From positions 450,001 to 482,000 of the forward strand of contig OY781871.1 of assembly GCA_963677105.1 (NCBI GenBank): a stretch of 32,000 nt of DNA, given 5' to 3'. The translations under genes and the position numbers were made by a program. Positions 9,086 to 18,461 of the stretch are shown in pieces (within the stretch, counting starts at the first letter, position 1; every line of letters starts with the position of its first letter). The stretch comes from Candidatus Saccharimonadota bacterium (lineage in GTDB: Bacteria > Patescibacteriota > Gracilibacteria > UBA4473). Below the pieces are notes generated by a model. The model worked only from the letters and a program-made list of their open reading frames with translations, ran no database searches and had not been told where the DNA came from.

Positions 9086-9289
9086 TCAGGAAATTACATT
9101 TAGAATTTCCTCTTTGATTTCAGCATATCGTTTTTCAACTTCTTCCTGAACTCGATCATCTTCTACACAAGGAATAAACTTTTTTCCTGTTGCTTCTTCA
9201 AGACGTTCTCTCATTGTTTTTTCGCCGGAAGTTTCAACCATTTCACAAATCAATTCATCTGACACATCCGATAGTAATAAATTTCCCAT
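9086..9289 (-). CDS. Small acidic hypothetical protein (67 aa)
   Basis: ATG-initiated ORF with a good promoter directly upstream. No recognisable domain. Confidence 0.4.
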   Translation of the reverse strand: MGNLLLSDVSDELICEMVETSGEKTMRERLEEATGKKFIPCVEDDRVQEEVEKRYAEIKEEILNVIS

Positions 9290-9317
9290 TATTTAAACTT
9301 TATTAAGAATCGTGCGC

Positions 9318-9345
9318 AAAATATCACTTATTTAAAAAATGTCAA
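9318..9345 (-). promoter_or_regulatory. Sigma70-type promoter with extended -10 for the 67-aa ORF
   Basis: Minus strand reads TTGACA (9345-9340), a 16-nt spacer ending in TGa, then TATTTT (9323-9318). Confidence 0.45.
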
Positions 9346-9367
9346 CACGTGCAACGCCAAGAGAATT

Positions 9368-9757
9368 TTACTGCAAAAATGCTCCTTTGTCTGTCACATA
9401 ATTTCCTTCTCCTGGAAGATATTTCGTTGAGGAAAGTGCCAAAACAACAGCATCTGAAGAAAAATCCTTTAATTCGTGCCAACATCCCGTTCGTACTAAA
9501 ACTCCTTTTTTTTGAGAATCTAAAATAATTTCTTGATTTCCCGTTCCATCATTTACGAGCAATGTAACCGAACCATTAGTAACGAGAAAAATTTCTTCTT
9601 CAACAATATGTGCATGTCCTCCTCGCACAGAACCTTCTGTTGCAGTAACTAAATAAATTCGTTGGGGAATAAATGGCAATGCGTCAAACTCAAACGGAAC
9701 TAATGATCCGCGCGCATCTACAAATTCCGGAAAAGAAAGAATTTCATATTTTTTCAC
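9368..9757 (-). CDS. WxcM/FdtA-like cupin (sugar 3,4-ketoisomerase family)
   Basis: KKYEILSFPEFVDARGSLVPFE...RIYLV...RGGHAHIVEEEIFLVTNGSVTLLVNDG...W HELKDFS matches the FdtA/WxcM-C pattern. There is no in-frame ATG after the homologous region begins, so GTG at 9757 is the likely start. The long ORF to 9952 would run through the divergent gene's start. Confidence 0.65.
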   Translation of the reverse strand: MKKYEILSFPEFVDARGSLVPFEFDALPFIPQRIYLVTATEGSVRGGHAHIVEEEIFLVTNGSVTLLVNDGTGNQEIILDSQKKGVLVRTGCWHELKDFSSDAVVLALSSTKYLPGEGNYVTDKGAFLQ

Positions 9758-9854
9758 AAGACAAGAGTACAAAAAAAAGACAGAAATCCAAATTTTCTGA
9801 GAAAAATTGCATCTTACTCTGATTTCTGTGAAAATATTCAGTGAATAAAAATAC

Positions 9855-11999
9855 ATGAAAAAATTGTTTCTCGGTTTCGGAGTATTTCTTCCGTTTATTG
9901 CCTTTGCAGCAGTCTTTCCTGGCTCAGGAATTGATTTTGATAATTCTACCATAAGAATTCATGGTCCCTCTGGATCAACCTGTTTGGGAGAAAGTATTAC
10001 TTCTCCTCATTCCTTCACCTTCACGGAGATGGGATTCGATAACTTCACTCATTCAATCTCAAATTTTGGAAACTGGAGCGGTGGTACTACAACACGTTGC
10101 TTCCAAACGGCAGGACCATATAACATTACAATGAGGATAGTAGATAACGCGGGAAATGAAACATCTTTGAGTGACTCTATTGTAATTGCTCCAGACACTC
10201 CTGATGAAACTTCTTCTACTCTTAATGTTGTTTGCAACAATACCGTAGCAAATAATACTGATACATGTGATCTAACACTTTCTCTTCGTGATAGATTCGC
10301 GAATGTTGTAACACAAAATATTCCCGGACTTTCGTTTTCCGCTGCTACACAATCCTTTTCAGATGATGCGAATCTGGGAACGGAATTTCATGCAGGACTT
10401 CGTTTGGCTGGAAATAATCTAACAACACCTTATTCGTTCGATTGGGATAGTTCAATTCCTCCAAGCTTCGGTATTTCTGCCGTTGCGCCAAGTATTCAAA
10501 CCGTTCCAATAACCGAGGAGGGAATTCCAGCTGGAACCAATCTTTCCACTGTTGTAACGCGTCCAATTACTTTCTCTATCAATAATTTAAAAGAAATTCA
10601 GACAAACGGACTTGTGTCAGGAACTCCTATTTCTTCTTTTGAGGTTCCTTCTGCTCTTCGTTTTGATGCTCCTGTTGCTATTATGCCTGGGTTTAATCAA
10701 GCGGCGATTTCGTTTGCAGAAGATATTGAAGTAACTGCTACATATAATGTCCCTGATCCACTGACACACAACGTAAATTGTTCTATAGAAAGTAGCTCCG
10801 AACATTTATTTGTTGATGCCCAGGAACAACATGACTATGAAGCTGAAATGGATGCTTATGAAATTGCCCAAGATAACTGGGATGGAGTCTCTCCAGAACC
10901 AATTCATCCAACACCTCCTGTCCGTGCGGAATTATCATTAACCACGGATTTCCCGCTAGGAACTCCCGACGACACTCTTTTTGTTGATGTTCCAAAAATG
11001 GTATATGCAATTACCCAACATGATAATCCTGCCGATGTTTCATTGACTACTACTGCCTCATATATGTTAGATTCTGTACCCGTTAGTTATGTGGCTGGAG
11101 CGATGGGACAACTTCTCGCTGATGGAACGACTATACCTATTAATCAAATCGTTGGATTTAATCCAAGTAGTGTTGATTTCCGAAACATTGGAATCAGTAT
11201 TGAAGGATTTGTCGTGGGAGACCAAGATCAAATGCTATTAGTAGGAGGAAATGAAGAATCTATGACTTCAATTGCAAACAATCTTTCTACTACTGTTCGA
11301 GATAAAATCGTGGAAAATGCCTATCAATTTATTCGAAATGCATCAAATATTATCACAGATCCTGCGACCATTACGAGCTGGGATGCATTTAATGCTCAAA
11401 ATATAGTTGTTGTTGATCTTACGGATAGAGATTTAGCAGAAGCAACACTCACTCTTCCAAGTGGGACACTTCCAAGTGGATCAAAAACGCTCATTGTTCT
11501 GAATGGGAATGTACAAATTGCTGGAGACATTACTTATGGAAATATCGTAGATGATTCCTTTGGAATAATTCTTTTACGTGACAAAGCTGGCCCATATCCA
11601 GAAAGAGGAAATATATTTGTACACGAAGATGTTCAAAAAATCTCTGGAACCATCTTTGCTGATGGAGGATTTTTCAATGGAACTTCTCTCTCTACTGCAA
11701 ACACGGGACCTCGAAATAAACAACTTCGTCTTGTTGGGTCCTTGTTCTCAAGAAATACAATTGGAGGATCTCGACGTACAAACACCACAGGAGAATTCTT
11801 TACTCCGTGGGGAACAACCCCTTATCGAGACACGGCAAAACTCTACGATCTTCATGAAATACGACAATATGACTATAGCAGTGGAACCACATACTGTGTA
11901 TTAGACGCGGCGACATGTGACCCAAACAATGCAGCCTTCATTCTTCGCCAAGACCAAAAGATTAATCTTCTTCCTCCTCCAGTATTCCTCACTGACTAG
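9855..11999 (+). CDS. Large secreted hypothetical protein with a tentative Big_1-like Ig segment
   Basis: Signal peptide MKKLFLGFGVFLPFIAFAAV. The segment VANNTDTCDLTLSLRDRFANVV resembles bacterial Ig-like group 1. The C-terminal part has beta-helix-like GN/GD-rich strands. Confidence 0.65.
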   Translation: MKKLFLGFGVFLPFIAFAAVFPGSGIDFDNSTIRIHGPSGSTCLGESITSPHSFTFTEMGFDNFTHSISNFGNWSGGTTTRCFQTAGPYNITMRIVDNAGNETSLSDSIVIAPDTPDETSSTLNVVCNNTVANNTDTCDLTLSLRDRFANVVTQNIPGLSFSAATQSFSDDANLGTEFHAGLRLAGNNLTTPYSFDWDSSIPPSFGISAVAPSIQTVPITEEGIPAGTNLSTVVTRPITFSINNLKEIQTNGLVSGTPISSFEVPSALRFDAPVAIMPGFNQAAISFAEDIEVTATYNVPDPLTHNVNCSIESSSEHLFVDAQEQHDYEAEMDAYEIAQDNWDGVSPEPIHPTPPVRAELSLTTDFPLGTPDDTLFVDVPKMVYAITQHDNPADVSLTTTASYMLDSVPVSYVAGAMGQLLADGTTIPINQIVGFNPSSVDFRNIGISIEGFVVGDQDQMLLVGGNEESMTSIANNLSTTVRDKIVENAYQFIRNASNIITDPATITSWDAFNAQNIVVVDLTDRDLAEATLTLPSGTLPSGSKTLIVLNGNVQIAGDITYGNIVDDSFGIILLRDKAGPYPERGNIFVHEDVQKISGTIFADGGFFNGTSLSTANTGPRNKQLRLVGSLFSRNTIGGSRRTNTTGEFFTPWGTTPYRDTAKLYDLHEIRQYDYSSGTTYCVLDAATCDPNNAAFILRQDQKINLLPPPVFLTD

Positions 12000-12018
12000 A
12001 TCACTGAACTTTAAAAAA

Positions 12019-12049
12019 CAAAAAGCAGAAATATAATTCCTGCTTTTTG
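12019..12049. terminator. Bidirectional terminator between the convergent 714-aa gene and pepA
   Basis: aaaagcag (12021-12028) pairs with ctgctttt (12040-12047) around an 11-nt loop, flanked by A- and T-runs. Confidence 0.55.
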
Positions 12050-12068
12050 AATTAAAATTTGATCTTTG

Positions 12069-13523
12069 TTATTTGTTATTTTGAGTAAAACGAAACCATT
12101 CGCACATTGTCTGAACCATGGATCCTGTAGCCCCTCGTGGTGACAATTCATCTCCGCCGGATTCGTGATAAGCTGTTCCAGCTATATCACAGTGAACCCA
12201 TGGAATATCTTGCACAAAATTCTCTAAAAACGCTCCAGCCATAGAAGATCCTGCGCTCACTCCAGCTGTCCAACATTGTAAATCTGCAACTTCTGATTTT
12301 ATTTTTTCTCGAAAAAGAGGAATTATTGGCAATTCCCAGACGCGCTCATCTCGATCTTCTGCAGCAACTGAGATTGATTGTAATAATTCTGGCGTATTTG
12401 TCATAAGCCCTGTTATCTCATTCCCCAACGCAGCAACACAAGCACCCGTGAGTGTCGCAAAATCGATAATTTTTGATGGTTTATATTTCGTAGCTACGTA
12501 ATGGAGACAATCCGCTAAAACGAGTCGTCCTTCTGCGTCTGTATTTGTTATTTCGCATGTTTGCCCATTTCCAAAAGTAATAATGTCTCCTGGTTTAAAA
12601 GCCTGTCCTGAAACCATATTTTCAACAGCACCGAGAACTCCCACGACATGTATTTTCGGTTGGGTTTTCACAAGCCAGTGAAAAATTCCCAACACTGTCG
12701 CCGCCCCAGCCATATCACTAAACATAGACTCAATATGTTTTGTTGGTTTCAAATTATATCCTCCTGAATCAAAACACACACCTTTTCCAACTAATGCAAC
12801 TGGCTCTTTTGTGCTTCCTTTATATTCAAGAATAATCATCCGCGGTGGAATTTCAGAACCTTGTCCTACTCCCATAATTCCTCCCATTTTTAATTTTAAT
12901 AATTTCTTAGAATCAAGAACTGTTATTGAAACATTTTTTCCCTTTGCAACTTGTCGTGCTGATTTTTCCAAATCTTCTGGCGACATGTGTCCCGCTGGAG
13001 AATTCACTAAATCTCGTGTAAAATTTACTGCTTCTGCTGCTGATACTTCTTGATCAAGATCTTTTTTAGAAATCTTTACAGGGGAACAAAGTACTAATGA
13101 TTCGATTCTATTTTGTTCTTTTGTGTCACCAATTTTGAATTCATACGCTCCTGCAATTGCCCCCGAAACAAATCGCTGCATCTCTGGTTCGGTAAAAACG
13201 AAAGCTACTTTTTTTGCTTTCAATTTTTTAAGAGCACGAATCGCTGTTCCCGCTGCTCGACGAACTTCTTCTTTCTGTTTTAATTCTCCCAGTCCAACTA
13301 AAATACATTTTTTCACTCCTTTCGATTTTGGGAATATCTGCAATATTTCATTTTTCTTTCCTGAAAAATCTGCTTCATTTATGCGAAGAGAAATCTCTGA
13401 TACTATTTCTTCTGGCAAAATCGTCTTAAAATATGTTTTTAATGATGAGAAAGACTTGTTCTCCGGAATAAAAATAGCAACTGCTTCTGCTGCTACGAAT
13501 TTGGTTGTTGCCCGTATTTTCAT
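12069..13523 (-). CDS. pepA: Leucyl aminopeptidase, M17 family
   Basis: M17 signature NTDAEGRLVLAD plus VGKGVCFDSGGYNLKP. The start is set at the internal ATG 13523 (MKIRATTKF...); the 27-codon upstream extension looks non-coding. Confidence 0.85.
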   Translation of the reverse strand: MKIRATTKFVAAEAVAIFIPENKSFSSLKTYFKTILPEEIVSEISLRINEADFSGKKNEILQIFPKSKGVKKCILVGLGELKQKEEVRRAAGTAIRALKKLKAKKVAFVFTEPEMQRFVSGAIAGAYEFKIGDTKEQNRIESLVLCSPVKISKKDLDQEVSAAEAVNFTRDLVNSPAGHMSPEDLEKSARQVAKGKNVSITVLDSKKLLKLKMGGIMGVGQGSEIPPRMIILEYKGSTKEPVALVGKGVCFDSGGYNLKPTKHIESMFSDMAGAATVLGIFHWLVKTQPKIHVVGVLGAVENMVSGQAFKPGDIITFGNGQTCEITNTDAEGRLVLADCLHYVATKYKPSKIIDFATLTGACVAALGNEITGLMTNTPELLQSISVAAEDRDERVWELPIIPLFREKIKSEVADLQCWTAGVSAGSSMAGAFLENFVQDIPWVHCDIAGTAYHESGGDELSPRGATGSMVQTMCEWFRFTQNNK

Positions 13524-13641
13524 GTTTGTATAAGGATAAATTTCGACCGAAGTGTACTCTAGATTGTTTATTTTGAAAAAGAAAAATCCTACACACAGCG
13601 CCAATCAATAAGGAACCTTTTTTATATGTGTATATGAAAAC

Positions 13642-13669
13642 TTGCAAATTCTAAAAAAAAATAGACAAT
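13642..13669 (+). promoter_or_regulatory. Candidate promoter for tRNA-Lys
   Basis: TTGCAA (13642-13647), 16-nt spacer, GACAAT (13664-13669), about 9 nt before the tRNA 5' end. Confidence 0.3.
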
Positions 13670-13678
13670 CTGCGCGGC

Positions 13679-13753
13679 GGGTCGGTAGCTCAGTGGTAGA
13701 GCATCTGGCTCTTAACCAGTTGGCCGTGAGTTCGATCCTCACCCGACCCACCA
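13679..13753 (+). tRNA. tRNA-Lys (anticodon CTT), CCA encoded
   Basis: Manual cloverleaf. Acceptor GGGTCGG/CCGACCC, D-arm GCTC-AGTGGTA-GAGC, anticodon loop CTCTTAA, T-arm GTGAG-TTCGATC-CTCAC, discriminator A followed by CCA. Confidence 0.9.
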
Positions 13754-13795
13754 TAAAATTTGGTTATACCTTTGTGGCATAGGCAAGTTTTTTAT

Positions 13796-14260
13796 TTACT
13801 CCTTTTTTTCTGGTCGATTGCGTACATAAAATTTCACAGAAATTTTTTCAAGCTGATATTTTTCAAGAGAAGGCGGAAGACAAACTTCGCCCATTTCTTC
13901 TGGAGCAACATCTATGATTTCTGAGGTGTCTAAGTTCACAATATGATGATGATTTTCCATATTTGCATCAAAGCGAGAAGATGAGCCGTCTTTCATCGGA
14001 AGCTCTCGGACGAGACCCATTTCCTTGAATTTTGTAAGATTTTTATACACAGTTGAAAATGAAATATTTGGAAAACGAATTTTCATTGAATCAAATATTT
14101 CTTGCGCCGAAGGATGACGACTTGTCGCCGCAAGATAACGAAAAATTTCCATTTTTTGTGGAGTAAGTGGAATATTATTTTTCCGACAATAATCTCCCAT
14201 TCGCTGAATACGACGATCAGTCGTCGCATTTATCTGTTTCTGGTTACAACATTTATTCAT
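13796..14260 (-). CDS. fur: Fur-family metalloregulator (Fur/Zur/PerR-like), lacking the CxxC structural-Zn motifs
   Basis: Winged-helix region LTPQKMEIFRYLAATSRHPSAQEIFDSM...FSTVYKNLTKFKEMGLVREL and the His cluster ENHHHIVNLDTSE. The position of the usual CxxC reads NLDTS. Confidence 0.75.
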   Translation of the reverse strand: MNKCCNQKQINATTDRRIQRMGDYCRKNNIPLTPQKMEIFRYLAATSRHPSAQEIFDSMKIRFPNISFSTVYKNLTKFKEMGLVRELPMKDGSSSRFDANMENHHHIVNLDTSEIIDVAPEEMGEVCLPPSLEKYQLEKISVKFYVRNRPEKKE

Positions 14261-14361
14261 ATCTAATAATTAATATTGAATATTGTGTAATAATAATTGT
14301 CCACAAACAATGATTTGTCAATTATATTTTTATAGTTTGTTTTTCTCTCGAACGAAAAAAG

Positions 14362-14389
14362 TTGACAGAAGTCCTCTCTTCGTTAGAAT
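14362..14389 (+). promoter_or_regulatory. Sigma70-type promoter of tuf
   Basis: TTGACA (14362-14367), 16-nt spacer, TAGAAT (14384-14389), 42 nt upstream of the ATG. Confidence 0.6.
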
Positions 14390-14431
14390 CCGCCCGGAAA
14401 ATCCGTTTTATATTTTTTAATCCTTTCCAAG

Positions 14432-15619
14432 ATGGCTGACACATTTCAGCGAACGAAACCGCACGTCAACGTCGGAACCATTGGTCACGTCGACCACGGT
14501 AAAACTACGCTGACTGCAGCTATTACTTTCACTTTGGCAAACCGGTTGCCATCAGATGTGAATAAACAAATTGCGTTTGATCAAATTGATAACGCACCAG
14601 AAGAGAAAGCACGTGGTATTACTATCGCTACTTCTCACCAAGAGTACGAGACAGAAGCTCGTCACTACGCACACGTTGACTGTCCAGGTCACGCCGATTA
14701 TGTTAAAAACATGATTACTGGTGCGGCTCAGATGGATGGAGCAATTCTTGTAGTTGCTGCTACTGATGGTCCAATGCCACAGACAAAAGAGCACATCTTA
14801 TTGGCTCGACAAGTTGGAGTTGATCACATTGTTGTCTTTATGAACAAATGCGACATGGTTGACGACGCAGAAATGCTTGAGTTGGTAGAAATGGAAGTTA
14901 CTGAAGAACTTGCAAAACGTGATTATAACGATGTTACGATTATTAAAGGATCTGCTTTAAAGGCATTAGAAGATCCAACTGGAGAATGGGGAGACAAAAT
15001 CATGGAATTGATGGCAGCTCTTGATAAAGATATTCCAGAACCAAAACGAGAAACTGATAAAGATTTCTTGATGCCAGTTGAGGATGTATTCTCAATTAAA
15101 GGTCGTGGAACTGTTGCCACAGGACGTATTGAACAAGGAAAAGTCAACACTGGTGACGAAGTAGAAATCGTTGGAGTGAAGGCAACACGAAACGTGGTTG
15201 TTACTGGGGTTGAGATGTTTAAGAAAACGCTTGATGAAGGTCTTGCAGGAGATAACGTTGGTCTATTGCTTCGAGGAATTGAGCGAGAAGAAATTGAACG
15301 TGGTCAAGTTATGGCTAAAAAAGGATCCATTACACCACACACTAAATTTGAGTCTGAGGTATACGTATTGAAAAAAGAAGAAGGAGGTCGTCACACACCA
15401 TTCTTCAAAGGATATAAACCACAATTCTTTATTCGAACTACTGATGTTACTGGTGAGGTTGAATTACCAGCAGGAGTAGAAATGGTTATGCCTGGTGACA
15501 ACGCAAAATTCGTTGTTACACTTATCTGCCCAATTGCGTTGAACGCTGGAACTCGATTCGCTATTCGAGAAGGTGGACGAACAGTTGGAGCTGGAGTTGT
15601 TACAAAAATTATTGAATAA
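14432..15619 (+). CDS. tuf: Elongation factor Tu
   Basis: Full-length 395 aa with [18 protein letters not shown] and NKCD GTPase motifs, and EF-Tu-like sequence throughout. Confidence 0.97.
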   Translation: MADTFQRTKPHVNVGTIGHVDHGKTTLTAAITFTLANRLPSDVNKQIAFDQIDNAPEEKARGITIATSHQEYETEARHYAHVDCPGHADYVKNMITGAAQMDGAILVVAATDGPMPQTKEHILLARQVGVDHIVVFMNKCDMVDDAEMLELVEMEVTEELAKRDYNDVTIIKGSALKALEDPTGEWGDKIMELMAALDKDIPEPKRETDKDFLMPVEDVFSIKGRGTVATGRIEQGKVNTGDEVEIVGVKATRNVVVTGVEMFKKTLDEGLAGDNVGLLLRGIEREEIERGQVMAKKGSITPHTKFESEVYVLKKEEGGRHTPFFKGYKPQFFIRTTDVTGEVELPAGVEMVMPGDNAKFVVTLICPIALNAGTRFAIREGGRTVGAGVVTKIIE

Positions 15620-15644
15620 TAATTCTGCTTTAAAAAGCTAATTT

Positions 15645-15669
15645 AAAAACCCGCTTCGGCGGGTTTTTT
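15645..15669. terminator. Strong bidirectional rho-independent terminator between convergent tuf and ftsQ
   Basis: aaaaa-CCCGC-ttcg-GCGGG-tttttt: GC stem, tetraloop, flanking A- and T-runs. Confidence 0.8.
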
Positions 15670-15695
15670 GTTGTACGATTTTAATTCTTTAAAAC

Positions 15696-16541
15696 CTAAC
15701 TCTCTTCCCAAAAAATCTGTTGTGGAATTCGCAAATCGATGTGATCAAATGTGTCTCGATACAGTTGTATTTTGTGTTCTGCTGATTTTAGTTTTTGTAA
15801 TTGCTGATCAATCGGTTGAGACAAATCGAGCCAAATCGCCATATCATTTCGCGATATCAAATGTAATTCGTTCGCCGCAAAAAGTATTTCCACCGATTTA
15901 ATCGGAAGCTGTAAGTCTCCGTCCAATATTTCCTCCGCGTTACGAATTTTTTGCAATTGCTCTGGAGACAGTAGCTGTTCCCTTAATTGTACTAACTCGA
16001 CTCGTTGTTTAATTTTTATCGTCGGAAGCCCTTCAATTGCCTGCAACGAGAGCACGATTCCGTCTTCAGAAATAACAGAAAAGTTCGCTGTTTCAATATT
16101 GAATATATTATACGCTGGTTTCGATGTACCAACTTGAACAGTAAGTGTTCGCGGCCAATCCTCTTCCATCTCAACATTCTGCAACTCTGGCATTTTAAGC
16201 TTCAGCGCAGCAATAATGTCATTTTTATTAATGAATAGAAGGTTTTTCCCATAGAAATCTTGTAAAATTTCTTCCACTAAAAGCGAATCCGCAAACGGAC
16301 TTGTTCGCTCTACTCGAAACGTATTTACTCGAAACAAAGGACTTAATATTGCTATCCCCACGAAAAGAGCCATCCCAACACACGCAAGGATTCCCCATGT
16401 AGAAAATTTTGAAAAAGGAATATTTTTAATCCATGTCGGCAATGGCAGTTTTCGACGCAATCGACGCACAGAACTCTGACGACGATGATTCGTTGTCTCA
16501 ATCATCAACGCCCGACGCCGAGCATACGAACGACGACGCAT
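15696..16541 (-). CDS. ftsQ: Cell division protein FtsQ/DivIB-like (TM plus POTRA)
   Basis: Basic N-terminus, one TM helix (ILACVGMALFVGIAILSPLF), then a POTRA-like segment FRVNTFRVERTS...DWPRTLTVQVGTSKPAYN. The start overlaps the frr stop (TAATG). Confidence 0.6.
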   Translation of the reverse strand: MRRRSYARRRALMIETTNHRRQSSVRRLRRKLPLPTWIKNIPFSKFSTWGILACVGMALFVGIAILSPLFRVNTFRVERTSPFADSLLVEEILQDFYGKNLLFINKNDIIAALKLKMPELQNVEMEEDWPRTLTVQVGTSKPAYNIFNIETANFSVISEDGIVLSLQAIEGLPTIKIKQRVELVQLREQLLSPEQLQKIRNAEEILDGDLQLPIKSVEILFAANELHLISRNDMAIWLDLSQPIDQQLQKLKSAEHKIQLYRDTFDHIDLRIPQQIFWEES

Positions 16542-17080
16542 TAAACTGTCATAATATCAGTCTCTTTTTTCTTAGAAATTTCTTCTACCTGTTTATTTTC
16601 TGTATCAACTATTTCTTGTGCCCTTTTCTCCATATGTTTTTTCTCATCCTCAGATAAATCTGCATCCAATTTAATTTTCTTCATCACATCTTGACGAGCA
16701 TTTCTAATGGCAATTTTTGCATTTTCAGCTTCTTCATGAACAATTTTCACCAATTTTTTACGACGATCTTCTGTCATTGGTGGAACTGGAAGTAAAATAT
16801 ATTCTCCCATGTTTTGTGGGGAAATACCTATGTCAGCTAACAAAATTGCTTTCTCAATTGCTCCAACCATAGACTTGTCCCATGGCTCAATACGCAATGT
16901 GCGTGTGTCTGGACAACTAACTGTTGCCACATTTTTTATTGGCATCGTTGACCCATAGCTTTCAACTTGAACATCATCAACTATGGCGGCACTTGCTCGA
17001 CCAGCTTGAAGTCCTCCATATACTTGTTTCAAGTGATTAATTGTATCTGAAAGTGTTGTTTTTAGTGTAGAAATCATCAT
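16541..17080 (-). CDS. frr: Ribosome recycling factor
   Basis: GRASAAIVDDVQVESYGSTMPIKNVATVSCPDTRTLRIEPWDK...LPVPPMTEDRRKKLVK matches RRF throughout. Confidence 0.9.
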   Translation of the reverse strand: MMISTLKTTLSDTINHLKQVYGGLQAGRASAAIVDDVQVESYGSTMPIKNVATVSCPDTRTLRIEPWDKSMVGAIEKAILLADIGISPQNMGEYILLPVPPMTEDRRKKLVKIVHEEAENAKIAIRNARQDVMKKIKLDADLSEDEKKHMEKRAQEIVDTENKQVEEISKKKETDIMTV

Positions 17081-17157
17081 TCAAAAATTAAATTCGCTTT
17101 CATTGTAAAGGAGGCATCATAGCTTTACAACGTCTTTTTTGAAGTAACGAAAATTTT

Positions 17158-18456
17158 CTAAAGAAGTGATTTTAAAATTTCCCGTGCAACTTCTCTGTCA
17201 TCAAACGAAATTACTTGTTTCCCAATTGTTTGTGTTTTTTCGTGTCCTCTTCCGGCAATTAATACCGTATCGCCCTTTTGTGCAGTATATAGTGCATATC
17301 GTATTGCTTCATATCGATCTTCTATTTCAAAAAAACGATCTCCTTCTTTTCTTCCCACGTATTGTCGCGCGTGTTTTGCAATCTTTTTAGGACTATCTTT
17401 ATATGGATCATCTGTCGTCAAAACAAATTCATCCGAAAGTTCTGCGATAATTTGTGCTGCTTCTCCCCAATTCGACGGAGCTCGACCTCCAGCTCCTCCC
17501 CAAATGGTAATAATTCGTCCGGAAGTAATCGGACGTAATGCGGAAAGAACCGCCTTCAGCGCAGAAGGTTTATAAGAAAAATCAACAATCGTTGCAAAAT
17601 CTTGCCCTTCATCTATCGATTCAAGTCTCCCTGGAATAGATCTAAATTTTTTAAGAGCGCGTTGTATATCGTTCATAGAAACACTCATGGATTGTGCCAC
17701 AGCAATCGCAGACATAAGATTCTCTAAGTTATGACGACCAACAATTTTAACCGTCATATCTGCCTCAAAATTTGGCGCACGAAGAAAAAACTCTGTACGG
17801 TCTGCAAAAAATTCAAATTTTTCTGGACGAATATCCGCATTTTCTTGGAGGGAAAATGTCCATATTTTATCCGCTACTTCGTCTTTAAACATTCCCACAT
17901 TTTCATCATCGTTATTCAAAACCATTTGCTTTGGAATTCCCGGTTTTCGTTTGCTCCGATTAAGAGATTTAAATAATCGCGATTTGGTATGAATATAATC
18001 TGTAAAGGTTTCATGATAATCTAAATGTTCTCCATCAAAAATATTCGTGAGAGTCGCAATATCAAAATTTACTCCCCACAAACGATTTTGGTCAATTGCA
18101 TGAGAAGACACTTCTAACACCACTGTGTCGCATTTTGCACGTAACATTTGACGCAACATTTTTTGCGTTTTCCATGGACTGAGCGTCGTTCTCAAGGTTG
18201 TATTAGGAATTGTTTTTTCTCCAATATGAAATTGGATTGTTCCAATCGCTCCACACGTATGTCCTGTATTTTGAAGAAGAAAATGAACTAATTCCACTGT
18301 TGTTGATTTCCCAGAAGTTCCCGTAACACCTATGACACGCATTTTATTTGCCGGAAATCGATACAAAACTGCAGCAATAATGGCTGATATTTTATGATAC
18401 GTTAAACGCAAACTTGAGCGTTCCGGAATGAGTGTGCGAAAGAATTTCATCATCAT
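17158..18456 (-). CDS. murE: Mur ligase, MurE-like (UDP-MurNAc-L-Ala-D-Glu:diamino acid ligase) with a short N-terminal domain
   Basis: P-loop VIGVTGTSGKSTT. Also DGEHLDYHETFTDYIHTKSRLF, GRHNLENLMSAIAV and RLE. DDPY (17401-17412) sits where DAP-type MurE has DNPR. Confidence 0.75.
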   Translation of the reverse strand: MMMKFFRTLIPERSSLRLTYHKISAIIAAVLYRFPANKMRVIGVTGTSGKSTTVELVHFLLQNTGHTCGAIGTIQFHIGEKTIPNTTLRTTLSPWKTQKMLRQMLRAKCDTVVLEVSSHAIDQNRLWGVNFDIATLTNIFDGEHLDYHETFTDYIHTKSRLFKSLNRSKRKPGIPKQMVLNNDDENVGMFKDEVADKIWTFSLQENADIRPEKFEFFADRTEFFLRAPNFEADMTVKIVGRHNLENLMSAIAVAQSMSVSMNDIQRALKKFRSIPGRLESIDEGQDFATIVDFSYKPSALKAVLSALRPITSGRIITIWGGAGGRAPSNWGEAAQIIAELSDEFVLTTDDPYKDSPKKIAKHARQYVGRKEGDRFFEIEDRYEAIRYALYTAQKGDTVLIAGRGHEKTQTIGKQVISFDDREVAREILKSLL

Positions 18457-18461
18457 GAAAA

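Noticed and set aside
9758-9952. N-terminal extension of the cupin (FdtA-like) ORF back to 9952 or 9856
   Set aside because: The extension (…MYFYSLNIFTEIRVRCNFSQKIW…) does not look protein-like. It runs through the divergent promoter region and the start of the 714-aa gene. Homology begins at KKYEILSFPEF, right after GTG 9757.
14263-14303. Fur box in the fur-tuf divergent region (autoregulation)
   Set aside because: The best alignment to GATAATGATAATCATTATC that I found (around TAATAATAATTG, 14288-14299) matches only about 11 of 19 positions. In this AT-rich promoter DNA that is not distinguishable from chance.
17103-17140. 8-bp hairpin (TTGTAAAG-N12-CTTTACAA) between murE and frr as a terminator
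   Set aside because: The T-run follows the hairpin only on the plus strand, where no gene is upstream. On the coding (minus) strand there is no U-tract, so murE-frr read-through is more likely.
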